Sequence record: OR999189.1
Direction: 5' to 3' (one strand)
Length of the DNA stretch: 64,000 bases
Origin: Enterobacteria phage P922
In this document: positions 18,948-27,913 of the stretch, piece after piece
How positions within the stretch are numbered: the first letter of the stretch is position 1
How the letters are laid out: each line of letters begins with the position of its first letter
Made by a program: the position numbers and the translations under genes
Notes under the pieces: generated by a model
The model's input: only the letters and a program-made list of their open reading frames with translations
The model's database searches: none
Told to the model about the DNA's origin: nothing

Positions 18948-18976
18948 TTTACTTTGCCACAAGGATGTGGTATAAT
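18947..18976 (+). promoter_or_regulatory. early promoter (near-identical copy at 63732)
   Basis: GTTTAC 18947-18952, 18 nt, TGTGGTATAAT with -10 at 18971-18976. Confidence 0.6.
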
Positions 18977-19004
18977 GTTCTTACTTTCTACTGAGGAGAT
19001 TAAT

Positions 19005-20006
19005 ATGACTCGTAACGAATATATCAAATCATTCAATAGCGTTATTGATGATAAAGTTAAACCTATGTCTAGTCAGAATAGTGTTCTTTCTATTATCAAT
19101 CAATGGCTCAATAATATTGATGTAAGCATTGTTTCTTCCAACAGATTTATTCACGAAGTTCGTGAAATTTCTAGTCGTACAGATAAAGATGACATTAAGA
19201 AAACCTTTAAAGGGTCTCGTCTTCTTTCATACTTAGTCAACAGAGATATTCTTGGTAAATTTGGGAAAGAAATTAAACGAACTAAAGATGTAGTAGGATA
19301 TAATTGGTTCGGTGATGTTAATTCTTATCATCTTAATAATAAAGAAGACCCTGAGAATATTTTTACTCGTCGTTGGATTAGTAATTTCAGACTTTTCAAA
19401 GGACAAATTCTAAAATCAGCTTCTAAATTATGTTATGGCGATTATCGTCAAATTCATCCTTTGGCTTCTGATATGATTATCGTAAAAGAATATGAACTTG
19501 ATAAAAATAAAGTAGCTATTTTTGTGAATTATGGATTTTTTACACCAGACGCTAACCAAAAGAATATTAATAAATTTTTCTCAATTGCTAGCACTATAAC
19601 TTATCAATTAGAGGCGGCTTTGGGCTGTATGGAAACCGTAAAAAGTATTCATACTTATCCTTTTAAAAATATGTGCGGTTGGGAAGGATATAAAATTATA
19701 ATTAGCCTCCGTGAAGTGAAACGTACGTACTCACCGACTGATAAAGAAATTTACCAACAAAAATGTGATGAAATTGTGAATACTCCTAAAGAAGAAACTA
19801 CCCTTGAAGAACTAATGGAATGTCTTGACGATTCGCCTGAACCGATAGAAATTCGTCCAGAAGTTATTGCACTAGAAAAAGCTTATAAAGAAGTTCTAGA
19901 AATTTCTAATAAAGCGCAGAAAGATTATGAGAAGGCTAAAAGGATTTGGGAAGAATCTGTTAATCGCCTTGATCGTTTGGAACAAGCTTTACAGTTAATT
20001 AAGTAA
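19005..20006 (+). CDS. coiled-coil-tailed protein, tandem array member 3
   Basis: ORF track 18954..20006, ATG 19005 with GAGGAG RBS; C-terminal coiled coil. Confidence 0.55.
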   Translation: MTRNEYIKSFNSVIDDKVKPMSSQNSVLSIINQWLNNIDVSIVSSNRFIHEVREISSRTDKDDIKKTFKGSRLLSYLVNRDILGKFGKEIKRTKDVVGYNWFGDVNSYHLNNKEDPENIFTRRWISNFRLFKGQILKSASKLCYGDYRQIHPLASDMIIVKEYELDKNKVAIFVNYGFFTPDANQKNINKFFSIASTITYQLEAALGCMETVKSIHTYPFKNMCGWEGYKIIISLREVKRTYSPTDKEIYQQKCDEIVNTPKEETTLEELMECLDDSPEPIEIRPEVIALEKAYKEVLEISNKAQKDYEKAKRIWEESVNRLDRLEQALQLIK

Positions 20007-20058
20007 TTTAAAGCCAAGGATGGCTCGGAGTATAAATCATTAACCAAGTGAGAAGAAC

Positions 20059-20985
20059 ATGAAAACTCGTAAACATTATATTGATTATTTTGACAGTCTT
20101 ATTACTAAACATCGTAATTATCAGATAGGACATAGAGCAGTAATCAATAATATTCTTCGTGATTTTTTAGACTATATTGGATGGGAAAACCATATTTGTA
20201 AAGATACACAAAATGCGTATTCACATTCTCTTGGTTCTTTGCTAGAGTGGTTCAAACGTTCCCGATTACTATCTTCTGTGATAGCTGTTAATAATGTTAA
20301 AAAATTTATGTATCCAAGCTACATTGAGACTAATGTATCAAATGCTAATGTTGTTACATTTAATATTATTAATGACGTGAAAAGAACTTATTTAGAAGAA
20401 TGGTTTTCTAAAAATAGTAAAGAAAAATTTGCTAGTGAGTTTTCACATGAATTTAATAATAATGTGAATATGCTTTTTAAGCATTCTCGTAGACTGTTTT
20501 GTCATGGCGATGACCGTACTATTAATGTAAATGTAAAAGATTGGGTTACGGCTAAATTTATTCCATCATCACAGAATGGACCATTTGAATTGTCAATTAT
20601 TGTTTGTGCTCCGCATGAAATATATAAAAATCTTCCATATATGAAACCGCGTGAAGCTAATAAACATAATAAAACGATTCGTTCTTTGACTTATAATCTT
20701 CGTACGTTATTGTCTAAAATGGACGTAGTTGAATCCTTTGATGATAATACGAATTATGGTCTTTCACTGTTTGAAACTAAAGTTGTTATTAAGTTAAAGG
20801 ACCCTAGTAAATTTAAACCTACACCAAAGCCCAATCATGGGAATGATACTATGAAAGAAGAACGCGAATATCTCAGTGCCCGTTTGATTGAAGTTGAAAA
20901 ACAGATTGAAGAGCATACTAAAGTTATTAAGGCTTTAACCGCCAAAGCAAATGGTTTACGTGATGCTATTGAGGTACTGAAATGA
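20059..20985 (+). CDS. coiled-coil-tailed protein, tandem array member 4
   Basis: Starts MKTRKHYIDYFDS, like member 2; C-terminal coiled coil. Confidence 0.55.
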   Translation: MKTRKHYIDYFDSLITKHRNYQIGHRAVINNILRDFLDYIGWENHICKDTQNAYSHSLGSLLEWFKRSRLLSSVIAVNNVKKFMYPSYIETNVSNANVVTFNIINDVKRTYLEEWFSKNSKEKFASEFSHEFNNNVNMLFKHSRRLFCHGDDRTINVNVKDWVTAKFIPSSQNGPFELSIIVCAPHEIYKNLPYMKPREANKHNKTIRSLTYNLRTLLSKMDVVESFDDNTNYGLSLFETKVVIKLKDPSKFKPTPKPNHGNDTMKEEREYLSARLIEVEKQIEEHTKVIKALTAKANGLRDAIEVLK

Positions 20986-21299
20986 AAAAGCGTTTATTAG
21001 AAGATATTGCAGCTTCAAGTAATTCCAGTCTAATTAAAATTATTATGGCTGGTGAAGAAGACGATCTAGAAATGCGTGGAAAGATTCATGGTTGTGACGA
21101 TCTAGACTTTAAACCTCCAGCTTGGGATGCCATTATGGTTATGGTTGAACGTCGCGAAAGGGCTTCTAAAAACGTTCCTAATTGTCCTGAATGCGGTACT
21201 GAACAGGTTCAATTAGTCCATTGGCAGACTAGTAATCTTCGTTATAAATGCCGTCATTGCAAACACCGATTTAACCGAGAAGAAAATGACAAAGCGTAA
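20982..21299 (+). CDS. zinc-ribbon protein
   Basis: C-terminal CPECGTEQ...(x)...CRHCKH CxxC...CxxC ribbon. Confidence 0.5.
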
Positions 21300-21528
21300 A
21301 GAATATATGGAGACTGCTGAAAAGGCAGTCCGTGAATTAGCAATAGCGTATTATAATGAACACGGTAAATTTCCTGATAGATACAGCGTGCTTAAATCTG
21401 CTTTAACTCGTTCATATAAAAATATGCTATCAGAAGTAAGTGATATTATATACAAACATAAAGAACAAACAGGTCAAAGTCTTGATTACGACGAGACTTT
21501 TAAACAAGTACTAGGAATTAAGGAATAA
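21286..21528 (+). CDS. hypothetical small protein
   Basis: ORF track. Confidence 0.45.
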
Positions 21529-21529
21529 T

Positions 21530-21793
21530 ATGTTTAAAGTATATGGCTATGATAGCAACATCCACAAATGTGTGTATTGCGATAATGCAAAACGTCTTTT
21601 GACTGTGAAGAAACAGCCGTTTGAATTTATCAACATTATGCCGGAAAAAGGTGTTTTTGATGACGAGAAAATTGCTGAGCTTCTGACGAAACTAAGTCGT
21701 GATACTCAAATCGGATTGACGATGCCACAAGTATTTGCTCCTGATGGAAGTCATATTGGTGGATTTGACCAATTGCGGGAATACTTTAAATGA
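21530..21793 (+). CDS. nrdC: glutaredoxin/thioredoxin NrdC
   Basis: 87 aa, CVYC active site; matches T4 NrdC as I recall it. Confidence 0.9.
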   Translation: MFKVYGYDSNIHKCVYCDNAKRLLTVKKQPFEFINIMPEKGVFDDEKIAELLTKLSRDTQIGLTMPQVFAPDGSHIGGFDQLREYFK

Positions 21794-22098
21794 TAGAATT
21801 AAATGAACAGACTATTTTTCTAGGCGATGGCACAGAAGACGAACTGGAATATAAACTATATGAATATATGGTTTGGTTAGCTAAAGCAGAAGGTATAGAC
21901 TTTGTTGTGGCTAACCCGTATGGCGAGAACACGGTTGTAATCGGTGGTACTGCTTATGAAGTCCAATGGCAATACGTTGGGCTTGAATCTGAAGAATTTG
22001 AAGAAGATGAGCATGGTGATTGGCATCCAGTGGGTCCTTGGTATTGGGAAAACGGTGAACCTGATTTTGAAGTGTCGAGTTGGTGGTGTGATAAATGA
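21790..22098 (+). CDS. hypothetical acidic Trp-rich protein
   Basis: ORF track. Confidence 0.45.
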   Translation: MIELNEQTIFLGDGTEDELEYKLYEYMVWLAKAEGIDFVVANPYGENTVVIGGTAYEVQWQYVGLESEEFEEDEHGDWHPVGPWYWENGEPDFEVSSWWCDK

Positions 22099-22415
22099 CT
22101 ATTGAAAATAAATTAGATGTTGATGCAGTTCTGAGTGAAATCATTGAAGACCATGATGCATTTTCAGAAAATTATGATTTTGATTTTTCAGACTATCTTA
22201 AACCTGTCGAAATAGAAGACTGGGTACAAGATGGCAAATGTCAATATCGGCAGTGTGTTTATTTTAGCCCAAAACATAATGTACATGTTTCCGTAAATGA
22301 ATGCCGTTCAGGTTCTTACCATTCTGACTGGTATTATGCAGTTCCGACTGTTGAATTAGTCGAGCCCCGTGAACGTGTAGTAACTCAGACAATACGAGAA
22401 TGGATTACGCTATAA
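22095..22415 (+). CDS. hypothetical acidic protein
   Basis: ORF track. Confidence 0.45.
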   Translation: MTIENKLDVDAVLSEIIEDHDAFSENYDFDFSDYLKPVEIEDWVQDGKCQYRQCVYFSPKHNVHVSVNECRSGSYHSDWYYAVPTVELVEPRERVVTQTIREWITL

Positions 22416-22538
22416 AACCTTGGTGGGCGGCTAGATGGGAAACAGTAGAGCCAGAGCCGGAAGAACCGGTTTACACTGATGAAGAAACAGTATATAATGA
22501 ACCTACGATAAATGACTTAATTGATATGGAGATGGGAC

Positions 22539-22985
22539 ATGATTACAGTAGATAAGTGGTTTAGAATTAATCGTGCTGATAAAGGGCTATGTAATTATTG
22601 GCCAGAACTTAGTGCAGGTACTGTCTTTAAAGTTCGTGAACTCGCAAAAGAATGCGAAGATGATATAGAACCTGATACTGGAATTATTGAAATTGAACTT
22701 TCTGATGGAAAGATTATTAACATCTATGATAAGCCAATTACGTATTGGTGCTTGTGGAATACTGAATCAGTAGAAAATGGCGAGATTGAAGAAGTTGTAG
22801 AACGAGTTGATCAAGCTATTCATAAACCTAAAGCCGCTTTTCAAGGTGAACGCATTTCATATGCATTAGCTAAATTAGCTGCGCAAGAAAACAACGATGG
22901 CTATGAAGGAAATTTGATGCAAGCTGCGGCAGAATATATTGAATGGCTTGAAACTCAAATTTCTTTTTCTGACCGAGCATTTTAA
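22539..22985 (+). CDS. hypothetical protein (pin position by gene order)
   Basis: ORF track 22521..22985; internal ATG 22539 chosen. Confidence 0.45.
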   Translation: MITVDKWFRINRADKGLCNYWPELSAGTVFKVRELAKECEDDIEPDTGIIEIELSDGKIINIYDKPITYWCLWNTESVENGEIEEVVERVDQAIHKPKAAFQGERISYALAKLAAQENNDGYEGNLMQAAAEYIEWLETQISFSDRAF

Positions 22986-23161
22986 TGAAAACTGAATTGG
23001 TTTATACTGAAAAGTTAAATGGTGGTAAGGTTTGGAAACTTTTTATTAAAGGAAGTCCTACCGACTCTAATATGACCACTTGTGTAGGAACTTATTCTCG
23101 TCCTACTAAAAAGATGATTCGGCAATATAAGCGATTGCATCGAATGTTTTACAATACTTGA
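22985..23161 (+). CDS. hypothetical small basic protein (58 aa)
   Basis: Manually translated MKTELVYTEKLNGGKVWKLF...; TAATG overlap with upstream stop. Confidence 0.4.
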   Translation: MKTELVYTEKLNGGKVWKLFIKGSPTDSNMTTCVGTYSRPTKKMIRQYKRLHRMFYNT

Positions 23162-23202
23162 AAATAATAAATACCCTTATCTATTTAAGGTAAGGGTTTA
23201 TT

Positions 23203-23676
23203 ATGTTATTGACTGGCAAATTATATAAAGAAGAAAAACAGAAATTTTATGATGCACAAAACGGTAAATGCTTAATTTGCCAACGAGAATTAAATCCTGA
23301 TGTTCAAGCTAATCACCTTGACCATGACCATGAATTAAATGGACCGAAAGCAGGAAAGGTACGTGGATTGCTTTGTAATCTCTGCAATGCTGCAGAAGGT
23401 CAAATGAAACATAAATTTAATCGTTCTGGTTTAAAGGGACAAGGTGTTGATTATCTTGAATGGTTAGAAAATTTACTTACTTATTTAAAATCCGATTACA
23501 CCCAAAATAATATTCACCCTAACTTTGTTGGAGATAAATCAAAGGAATTTTCTCGTTTAGGAAAAGAGGAAATGATGGCTGAGATGCTTCAAAGAGGATT
23601 TGAATATAATGAATCTGACACTAAAACACAATTAATAGCTTCATTTAAGAAGCAGCTTAGAAAGAGTTTAAAATGA
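23203..23676 (+). CDS. 49: endonuclease VII (Holliday junction resolvase, gene 49)
   Basis: 157 aa, zinc-binding Cys cluster CLICQ...CNLCN and HLDHDH; matches T4 gp49. Confidence 0.92.
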   Translation: MLLTGKLYKEEKQKFYDAQNGKCLICQRELNPDVQANHLDHDHELNGPKAGKVRGLLCNLCNAAEGQMKHKFNRSGLKGQGVDYLEWLENLLTYLKSDYTQNNIHPNFVGDKSKEFSRLGKEEMMAEMLQRGFEYNESDTKTQLIASFKKQLRKSLK

Positions 23677-25490
23677 CAATTGAAAAAGAAATTGAAGGAT
23701 TGATTCATAAAACTAATAAAGACCTTTTAAACGAGAATGCTAATAAAGATTCTCGTGTTTTTCCAACTCAACGGGACCTTATGGCTGGTATTGTGTCTAA
23801 ACACATTGCCAAAAATATGGTCCCGTCTTTTATTATGAAAGCGCATGAAAGCGGAATTATCCATTTCCACGATATTGATTATTCCCCTGCTCTTCCATTT
23901 ACTAATTGTTGTTTAGTAGATTTAAAAGGAATGCTTGAAAACGGATTTAAGCTCGGCAATGCACAGATTGAAACTCCTAAATCAATCGGCGTTGCTACTG
24001 CAATTATGGCACAAATTACTGCACAGGTTGCTTCCCATCAATACGGTGGAACGACTTTTGCGAATGTAGATAAAATCCTTTCTCCTTATGTTAAACGCAC
24101 CTATGCAAAACATATTGAAGACGCGGAAAAATGGCAAATCACTGATGCGTTGAATTATGCCCAATCTAAAACAGAAAAAGACGTATACGATGCATTCCAA
24201 GCTTATGAATATGAAGTAAATACTCTCTTTAGTTCAAACGGACAAACGCCTTTTGTAACAATTACATTTGGTACGGGAACTGACTGGACTGAACGAATGA
24301 TTCAGAAAGCAATTCTGAAAAATCGTATTAAAGGTCTTGGTCGTGATGGGATAACTCCTATTTTCCCTAAGCTTGTTATGTTCGTTGAAGAAGGTGTTAA
24401 TCTTTATAAAGACGATCCGAACTATGATATTAAGCAGCTTGCTCTAGAGTGTGCAAGCAAAAGAATGTATCCTGACATCATTTCGGCTAAGAACAATAAA
24501 GCTATCACCGGTTCATCTATTCCTGTTTCTCCAATGGGTTGTCGTAGTTTCTTGGGCGTATGGAAAGATTCGACTGGTAATGAAATTCTTGATGGACGTA
24601 ATAATCTTGGTGTTGTAACACTAAATCTTCCTCGTATTGCGTTAGATTCTTATATTGGAACACAGTTCAATGAACAGAAATTTGCCGAATTGTTCAATGA
24701 ACGAATGGATTTATGTTTTGAAGCATTGATGTGTAGAATTAGTTCCTTAAAAGGAGTTAAAGCTACTGTTGCTCCTATTCTTTACCAAGAAGGCGCATTC
24801 GGGGTTCGTCTTAAACCTGATGACGATATAATTGAGTTATTTAAAAACGGTAGAAGTTCAGTGTCCTTAGGATACATTGGTATTCACGAATTGAATATTC
24901 TTGTCGGTCGTGATATTGGACAAGAAATTTTAACTAAAATGAATGCTCATCTTAAGCAGTGGACTGAAAGAACCGGTTTTGCTTTTAGTTTGTATTCTAC
25001 ACCTGCTGAAAACCTGTGCTATCGCTTCTGTAAACTTGATACCGAAAAATATGGAAGTGTAAAGGATGTTACTGATAAAGGCTGGTACACTAACAGTTTC
25101 CACGTTTCAGTAGAAGAAAATATTACTCCGTTTGAAAAGATTTCTCGCGAAGCCCCATATCATTTCATTGCGACAGGTGGTCACATTTCTTATGTTGAAC
25201 TTCCTGATATGAAAAATAACCTAAAGGGTCTTGAGGCTGTATGGGATTATGCTGCACAACATTTAGATTATTTTGGTGTTAATATGCCAGTAGATAAATG
25301 TTTTACATGTGGAAGTACCCATGAAATGACTCCTACTGAAAACGGATTTGTTTGTTCTATTTGTGGAGAAACTGATCCTAAAAAGATGAACACAATAAGA
25401 AGAACTTGTGGTTATTTGGGAAATCCGAATGAACGCGGATTTAATCTCGGCAAAAATAAAGAAATCATGCATAGGGTTAAACACCAATGA
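23673..25490 (+). CDS. nrdD: anaerobic ribonucleotide reductase NrdD
   Basis: 605 aa; C-terminal Zn ribbon CFTCGS...CSICG and glycyl radical region RRTCGYLG; uninterrupted. Confidence 0.95.
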   Translation: MTIEKEIEGLIHKTNKDLLNENANKDSRVFPTQRDLMAGIVSKHIAKNMVPSFIMKAHESGIIHFHDIDYSPALPFTNCCLVDLKGMLENGFKLGNAQIETPKSIGVATAIMAQITAQVASHQYGGTTFANVDKILSPYVKRTYAKHIEDAEKWQITDALNYAQSKTEKDVYDAFQAYEYEVNTLFSSNGQTPFVTITFGTGTDWTERMIQKAILKNRIKGLGRDGITPIFPKLVMFVEEGVNLYKDDPNYDIKQLALECASKRMYPDIISAKNNKAITGSSIPVSPMGCRSFLGVWKDSTGNEILDGRNNLGVVTLNLPRIALDSYIGTQFNEQKFAELFNERMDLCFEALMCRISSLKGVKATVAPILYQEGAFGVRLKPDDDIIELFKNGRSSVSLGYIGIHELNILVGRDIGQEILTKMNAHLKQWTERTGFAFSLYSTPAENLCYRFCKLDTEKYGSVKDVTDKGWYTNSFHVSVEENITPFEKISREAPYHFIATGGHISYVELPDMKNNLKGLEAVWDYAAQHLDYFGVNMPVDKCFTCGSTHEMTPTENGFVCSICGETDPKKMNTIRRTCGYLGNPNERGFNLGKNKEIMHRVKHQ

Positions 25491-25957
25491 ATTACGATAG
25501 ATTTTATCCCTGCGATTTTGTAAATGGCCCTGGATGCAGGGTCGTTCTTTTCGTTACGGGGTGTTTGCATAAATGTGAAGGGTGTTATAATAAATCAACA
25601 TGGAATGCTAGAAATGGCGTTCCATTCACTGGTGAAACACTAGAACAATTAATTGAATGTTTGAATAATGATTATATAGAAGGATTAACTATAACTGGAG
25701 GAGACCCTCTTTATCCTGATAACCGAGATGATGTTCATTGCATTGTTCAAACGGTAAAAAATCTTTATCCGAATAAAAGCATTTGGTTGTGGACAGGATA
25801 TAAGTTTGAAGATATTAAACAACTAGAAATGCTTAAATATGTTGATGTTATTATTGATGGGAAGTATGAGAAAAATCTTCCGACCAAAAAGCTGTGGCGA
25901 GGTTCAGATAATCAGCGGCTTTGGTCAAATACCGATGGGGTGTGGAAACATGATTAA
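25487..25957 (+). CDS. nrdG: anaerobic RNR activating enzyme NrdG (radical SAM)
   Basis: Cys cluster CLHKCEGCYN near the N-terminus; 156 aa; ATGA overlap with nrdD. Confidence 0.9.
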   Translation: MNYDRFYPCDFVNGPGCRVVLFVTGCLHKCEGCYNKSTWNARNGVPFTGETLEQLIECLNNDYIEGLTITGGDPLYPDNRDDVHCIVQTVKNLYPNKSIWLWTGYKFEDIKQLEMLKYVDVIIDGKYEKNLPTKKLWRGSDNQRLWSNTDGVWKHD

Positions 25958-26047
25958 ACTGAATTATATTATTGATACTATAAATGATATGGTTTTTCAT
26001 TTTGGTCCAGAATTTTATTCGCAGTATAGTTTAGTACTTATCAATGC

Positions 26048-26287
26048 TTGGTTAATAAATTAAGGGTAAATATGTATAAATTTCGTAAAGGTTTAGCTGA
26101 TTTTCTTACAACTGTGACGTTCTTTTTGTTTATGGCAGTTGGTGCTATTTTTCTTATTCCTTTTATTGCTATATTTTTCGTGATTAGTTTGATTTCTCCA
26201 GAAAAAGGCTTATCTTCTAGCGAGTTCAATGAGCGTCTGGATAAAATTACTAACAAACTGAATTCTGTTCTTGACAAAAAGGCTTAA
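26048..26287 (+). CDS. small membrane protein
   Basis: Hydrophobic core TVTFFLFMAVGAIFLIPFIAIFFVISLI. Confidence 0.5.
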   Translation: MVNKLRVNMYKFRKGLADFLTTVTFFLFMAVGAIFLIPFIAIFFVISLISPEKGLSSSEFNERLDKITNKLNSVLDKKA

Positions 26288-26289
26288 TT

Positions 26290-26601
26290 ATGATTAGTTT
26301 TGAGCGGTATGTGGTAGAGAGTTGGAAGGGTTTTGATATGTTCGGTAATGACTATTATTTCTATGAATGTAGTCTAAATCCTAGTTTTTGGGCTGGACGA
26401 GAACGAGAACTCGAAGAAATTAATAACCGTGCTGAATTGTTAGGTGAATTACCTACGGTTTATTTTACCTTTGATGCATCTGGATTTGTTATCCAGGTTT
26501 ATTTTCCTGAAGAAAATTCTGGCGATGATTCTGTTAACCCGCCATACTGGGCTTATCAAGGAATTATTTCTCGTGGAACAAAACTCGAACTTAAAGAATA
26601 A
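26290..26601 (+). CDS. hypothetical protein
   Basis: ORF track. Confidence 0.5.
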   Translation: MISFERYVVESWKGFDMFGNDYYFYECSLNPSFWAGRERELEEINNRAELLGELPTVYFTFDASGFVIQVYFPEENSGDDSVNPPYWAYQGIISRGTKLELKE

Positions 26602-26602
26602 G

Positions 26603-26896
26603 ATTGAAGTCTATGGAATTCCAGATGAAGTAGGTCGTTGTCCTGGATGTCAATCAGTTACAAAACTTCTAAAGGAGCTCAATGCTCCTTTTACTTTCTA
26701 TAAAGTTCTTACAAATAATGGTAAGATTGAGTATGATCGTCCACTGATTGTATCTCTTGCTAAACGCGCTGGATTCACATCTCTTAACATTCGTTATCCA
26801 GTCATTTTCATCAATGATTCTAGACAAAAGAACATTAAACACTTCAAAGAAACTCTCATTTCACTTGGATATGATAGAGATATCATAGAAGACTAA
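26603..26896 (+). CDS. nrdH: thioredoxin-fold redoxin (NrdH position; CPGC motif), start codon uncertain
   Basis: Conserved-looking KIEVYGIPDEVGRCPGCQSV... begins right after the upstream stop; no in-frame ATG/GTG/TTG nearby, and the nearest in-frame ATG (26444) lies inside the upstream gene. Confidence 0.5.
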   Translation: MEVYGIPDEVGRCPGCQSVTKLLKELNAPFTFYKVLTNNGKIEYDRPLIVSLAKRAGFTSLNIRYPVIFINDSRQKNIKHFKETLISLGYDRDIIED

Positions 26897-26899
26897 GAC

Positions 26900-26920
26900 G
26901 GGCCCTCTGGGCCTTTCTTT
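26900..26920 (+). terminator. rho-independent terminator (short stem)
   Basis: GGCCC-TCT-GGGCC followed by TTTCTTT. Confidence 0.5.
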
Positions 26921-26992
26921 CTCACATTCTGTATATTACCATTCTAACTATCATTCACTTCTTATCATTCCCTAAAATAATTTCACAAAGTT

Positions 26993-27022
26993 GTTTACAA
27001 CAAGTTCAAACTGTGGTATTAT
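26993..27022 (+). promoter_or_regulatory. early promoter
   Basis: GTTTAC 26993-26998, 18 nt, TATTAT 27017-27022. Confidence 0.5.
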
Positions 27023-27052
27023 TAACATATGAATTGCCTTTGAGGATTTGAT

Positions 27053-27235
27053 ATGGTTGTGGTTGATAAAGAGATTAAAAAGGGGCAATATTATTTTATT
27101 AATGGTAATGTTGTTCGTGTTACTTATGTAAACGGTTTTGAAGTTTATTATCTTATACTCAAGTTACATAAACAGATGATTTGTGATCGTGCTGTATTTA
27201 GTTCAGTTGCTAAGGAAATTAAACTCCATGGGTAA
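27053..27235 (+). CDS. hypothetical small protein
   Basis: ORF track; GAGGATTTG RBS. Confidence 0.45.
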   Translation: MVVVDKEIKKGQYYFINGNVVRVTYVNGFEVYYLILKLHKQMICDRAVFSSVAKEIKLHG

Positions 27236-27521
27236 AACGTATCGTCGTAAAGATTTAAAAGTACGTGATTATGACTATTTCGGAAAGCGTAAAGCTCCTG
27301 ATGGTGTAAGTCATAAAGATATGGTTGAAAACATTTTTCGCTCTGATAAATGGCGTAGAATGAAAGGAATTGATTCAGAAGTTAAAGATGAGTTAAATCG
27401 TCAATTACGTAGTGAAGTAAGAAAGTTGAAAAAATCAGTTTACATTGATGACGATTTTGATTATAATACTTCTCAACGAGTTGCTAAGCGTAAATCAAAC
27501 GAGTGCTATCGTTACAGCTGA
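27228..27521 (+). CDS. hypothetical basic protein
   Basis: ORF track 27183..27521; ATG 27228 with AAGGAAAT RBS. Confidence 0.5.
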   Translation: MGKTYRRKDLKVRDYDYFGKRKAPDGVSHKDMVENIFRSDKWRRMKGIDSEVKDELNRQLRSEVRKLKKSVYIDDDFDYNTSQRVAKRKSNECYRYS

Positions 27522-27528
27522 GGAAAAT

Positions 27529-27660
27529 ATGAATATCAAACGCATGCTTTTTAAACAAGGATTATACACTTTAAATGTTGCTCCAAAAGGCGATACGACC
27601 AAGTGGTCAGTAAATGACTGGATTAAATTCATTGATGAAAACGGTAACTGGAAAATTTAA
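27529..27660 (+). CDS. hypothetical 43-aa protein
   Basis: GAGGAAAAT RBS before ATG 27529; internal start of track ORF 27445..27660. Confidence 0.4.
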   Translation: MNIKRMLFKQGLYTLNVAPKGDTTKWSVNDWIKFIDENGNWKI

Positions 27661-27861
27661 ATGAATCCTGAATCTAAATTATCACAACGAATTGCCGAAG
27701 CTCGTCGTCAGTTCTTTGAAAATATGATAGCCCAAGGTATTGATGACGAAGTTTTTCTGAACTGGTTTTGGAATCACAAATATTCAAAATGCGCAGGAGC
27801 AATATTAATATCAGCTGCAATGATGTACGAAGGCTGGAAGGGTGCCAAACGGTTTAGCTAA
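27661..27861 (+). CDS. hypothetical small protein
   Basis: ORF track. Confidence 0.45.
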   Translation: MNPESKLSQRIAEARRQFFENMIAQGIDDEVFLNWFWNHKYSKCAGAILISAAMMYEGWKGAKRFS

Positions 27862-27878
27862 GGGCTTCGGCCCTTTTT
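27862..27878 (+). terminator. rho-independent terminator
   Basis: GGGC-TTCG-GCCC followed by TTTTT. Confidence 0.7.
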
Positions 27879-27913
27879 GGATAATAAAATTTTAACGCAA
27901 TTGAGGATAATGT

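Noticed and set aside
22416-22555. Open reading frame spanning the 49.x intergenic gap
   Set aside because: No start codon with RBS in that frame; likely chance open frame across the 5' end of ORF 22539-22985.
23673-25490. Group I intron within nrdD
   Set aside because: The reading frame is continuous over 605 codons with conserved motifs throughout.
26444-26602. ATG-initiated N-terminal extension of the nrdH-like ORF
   Set aside because: Would overlap the upstream gene for ~50 codons in another frame and reads as non-protein-like sequence.
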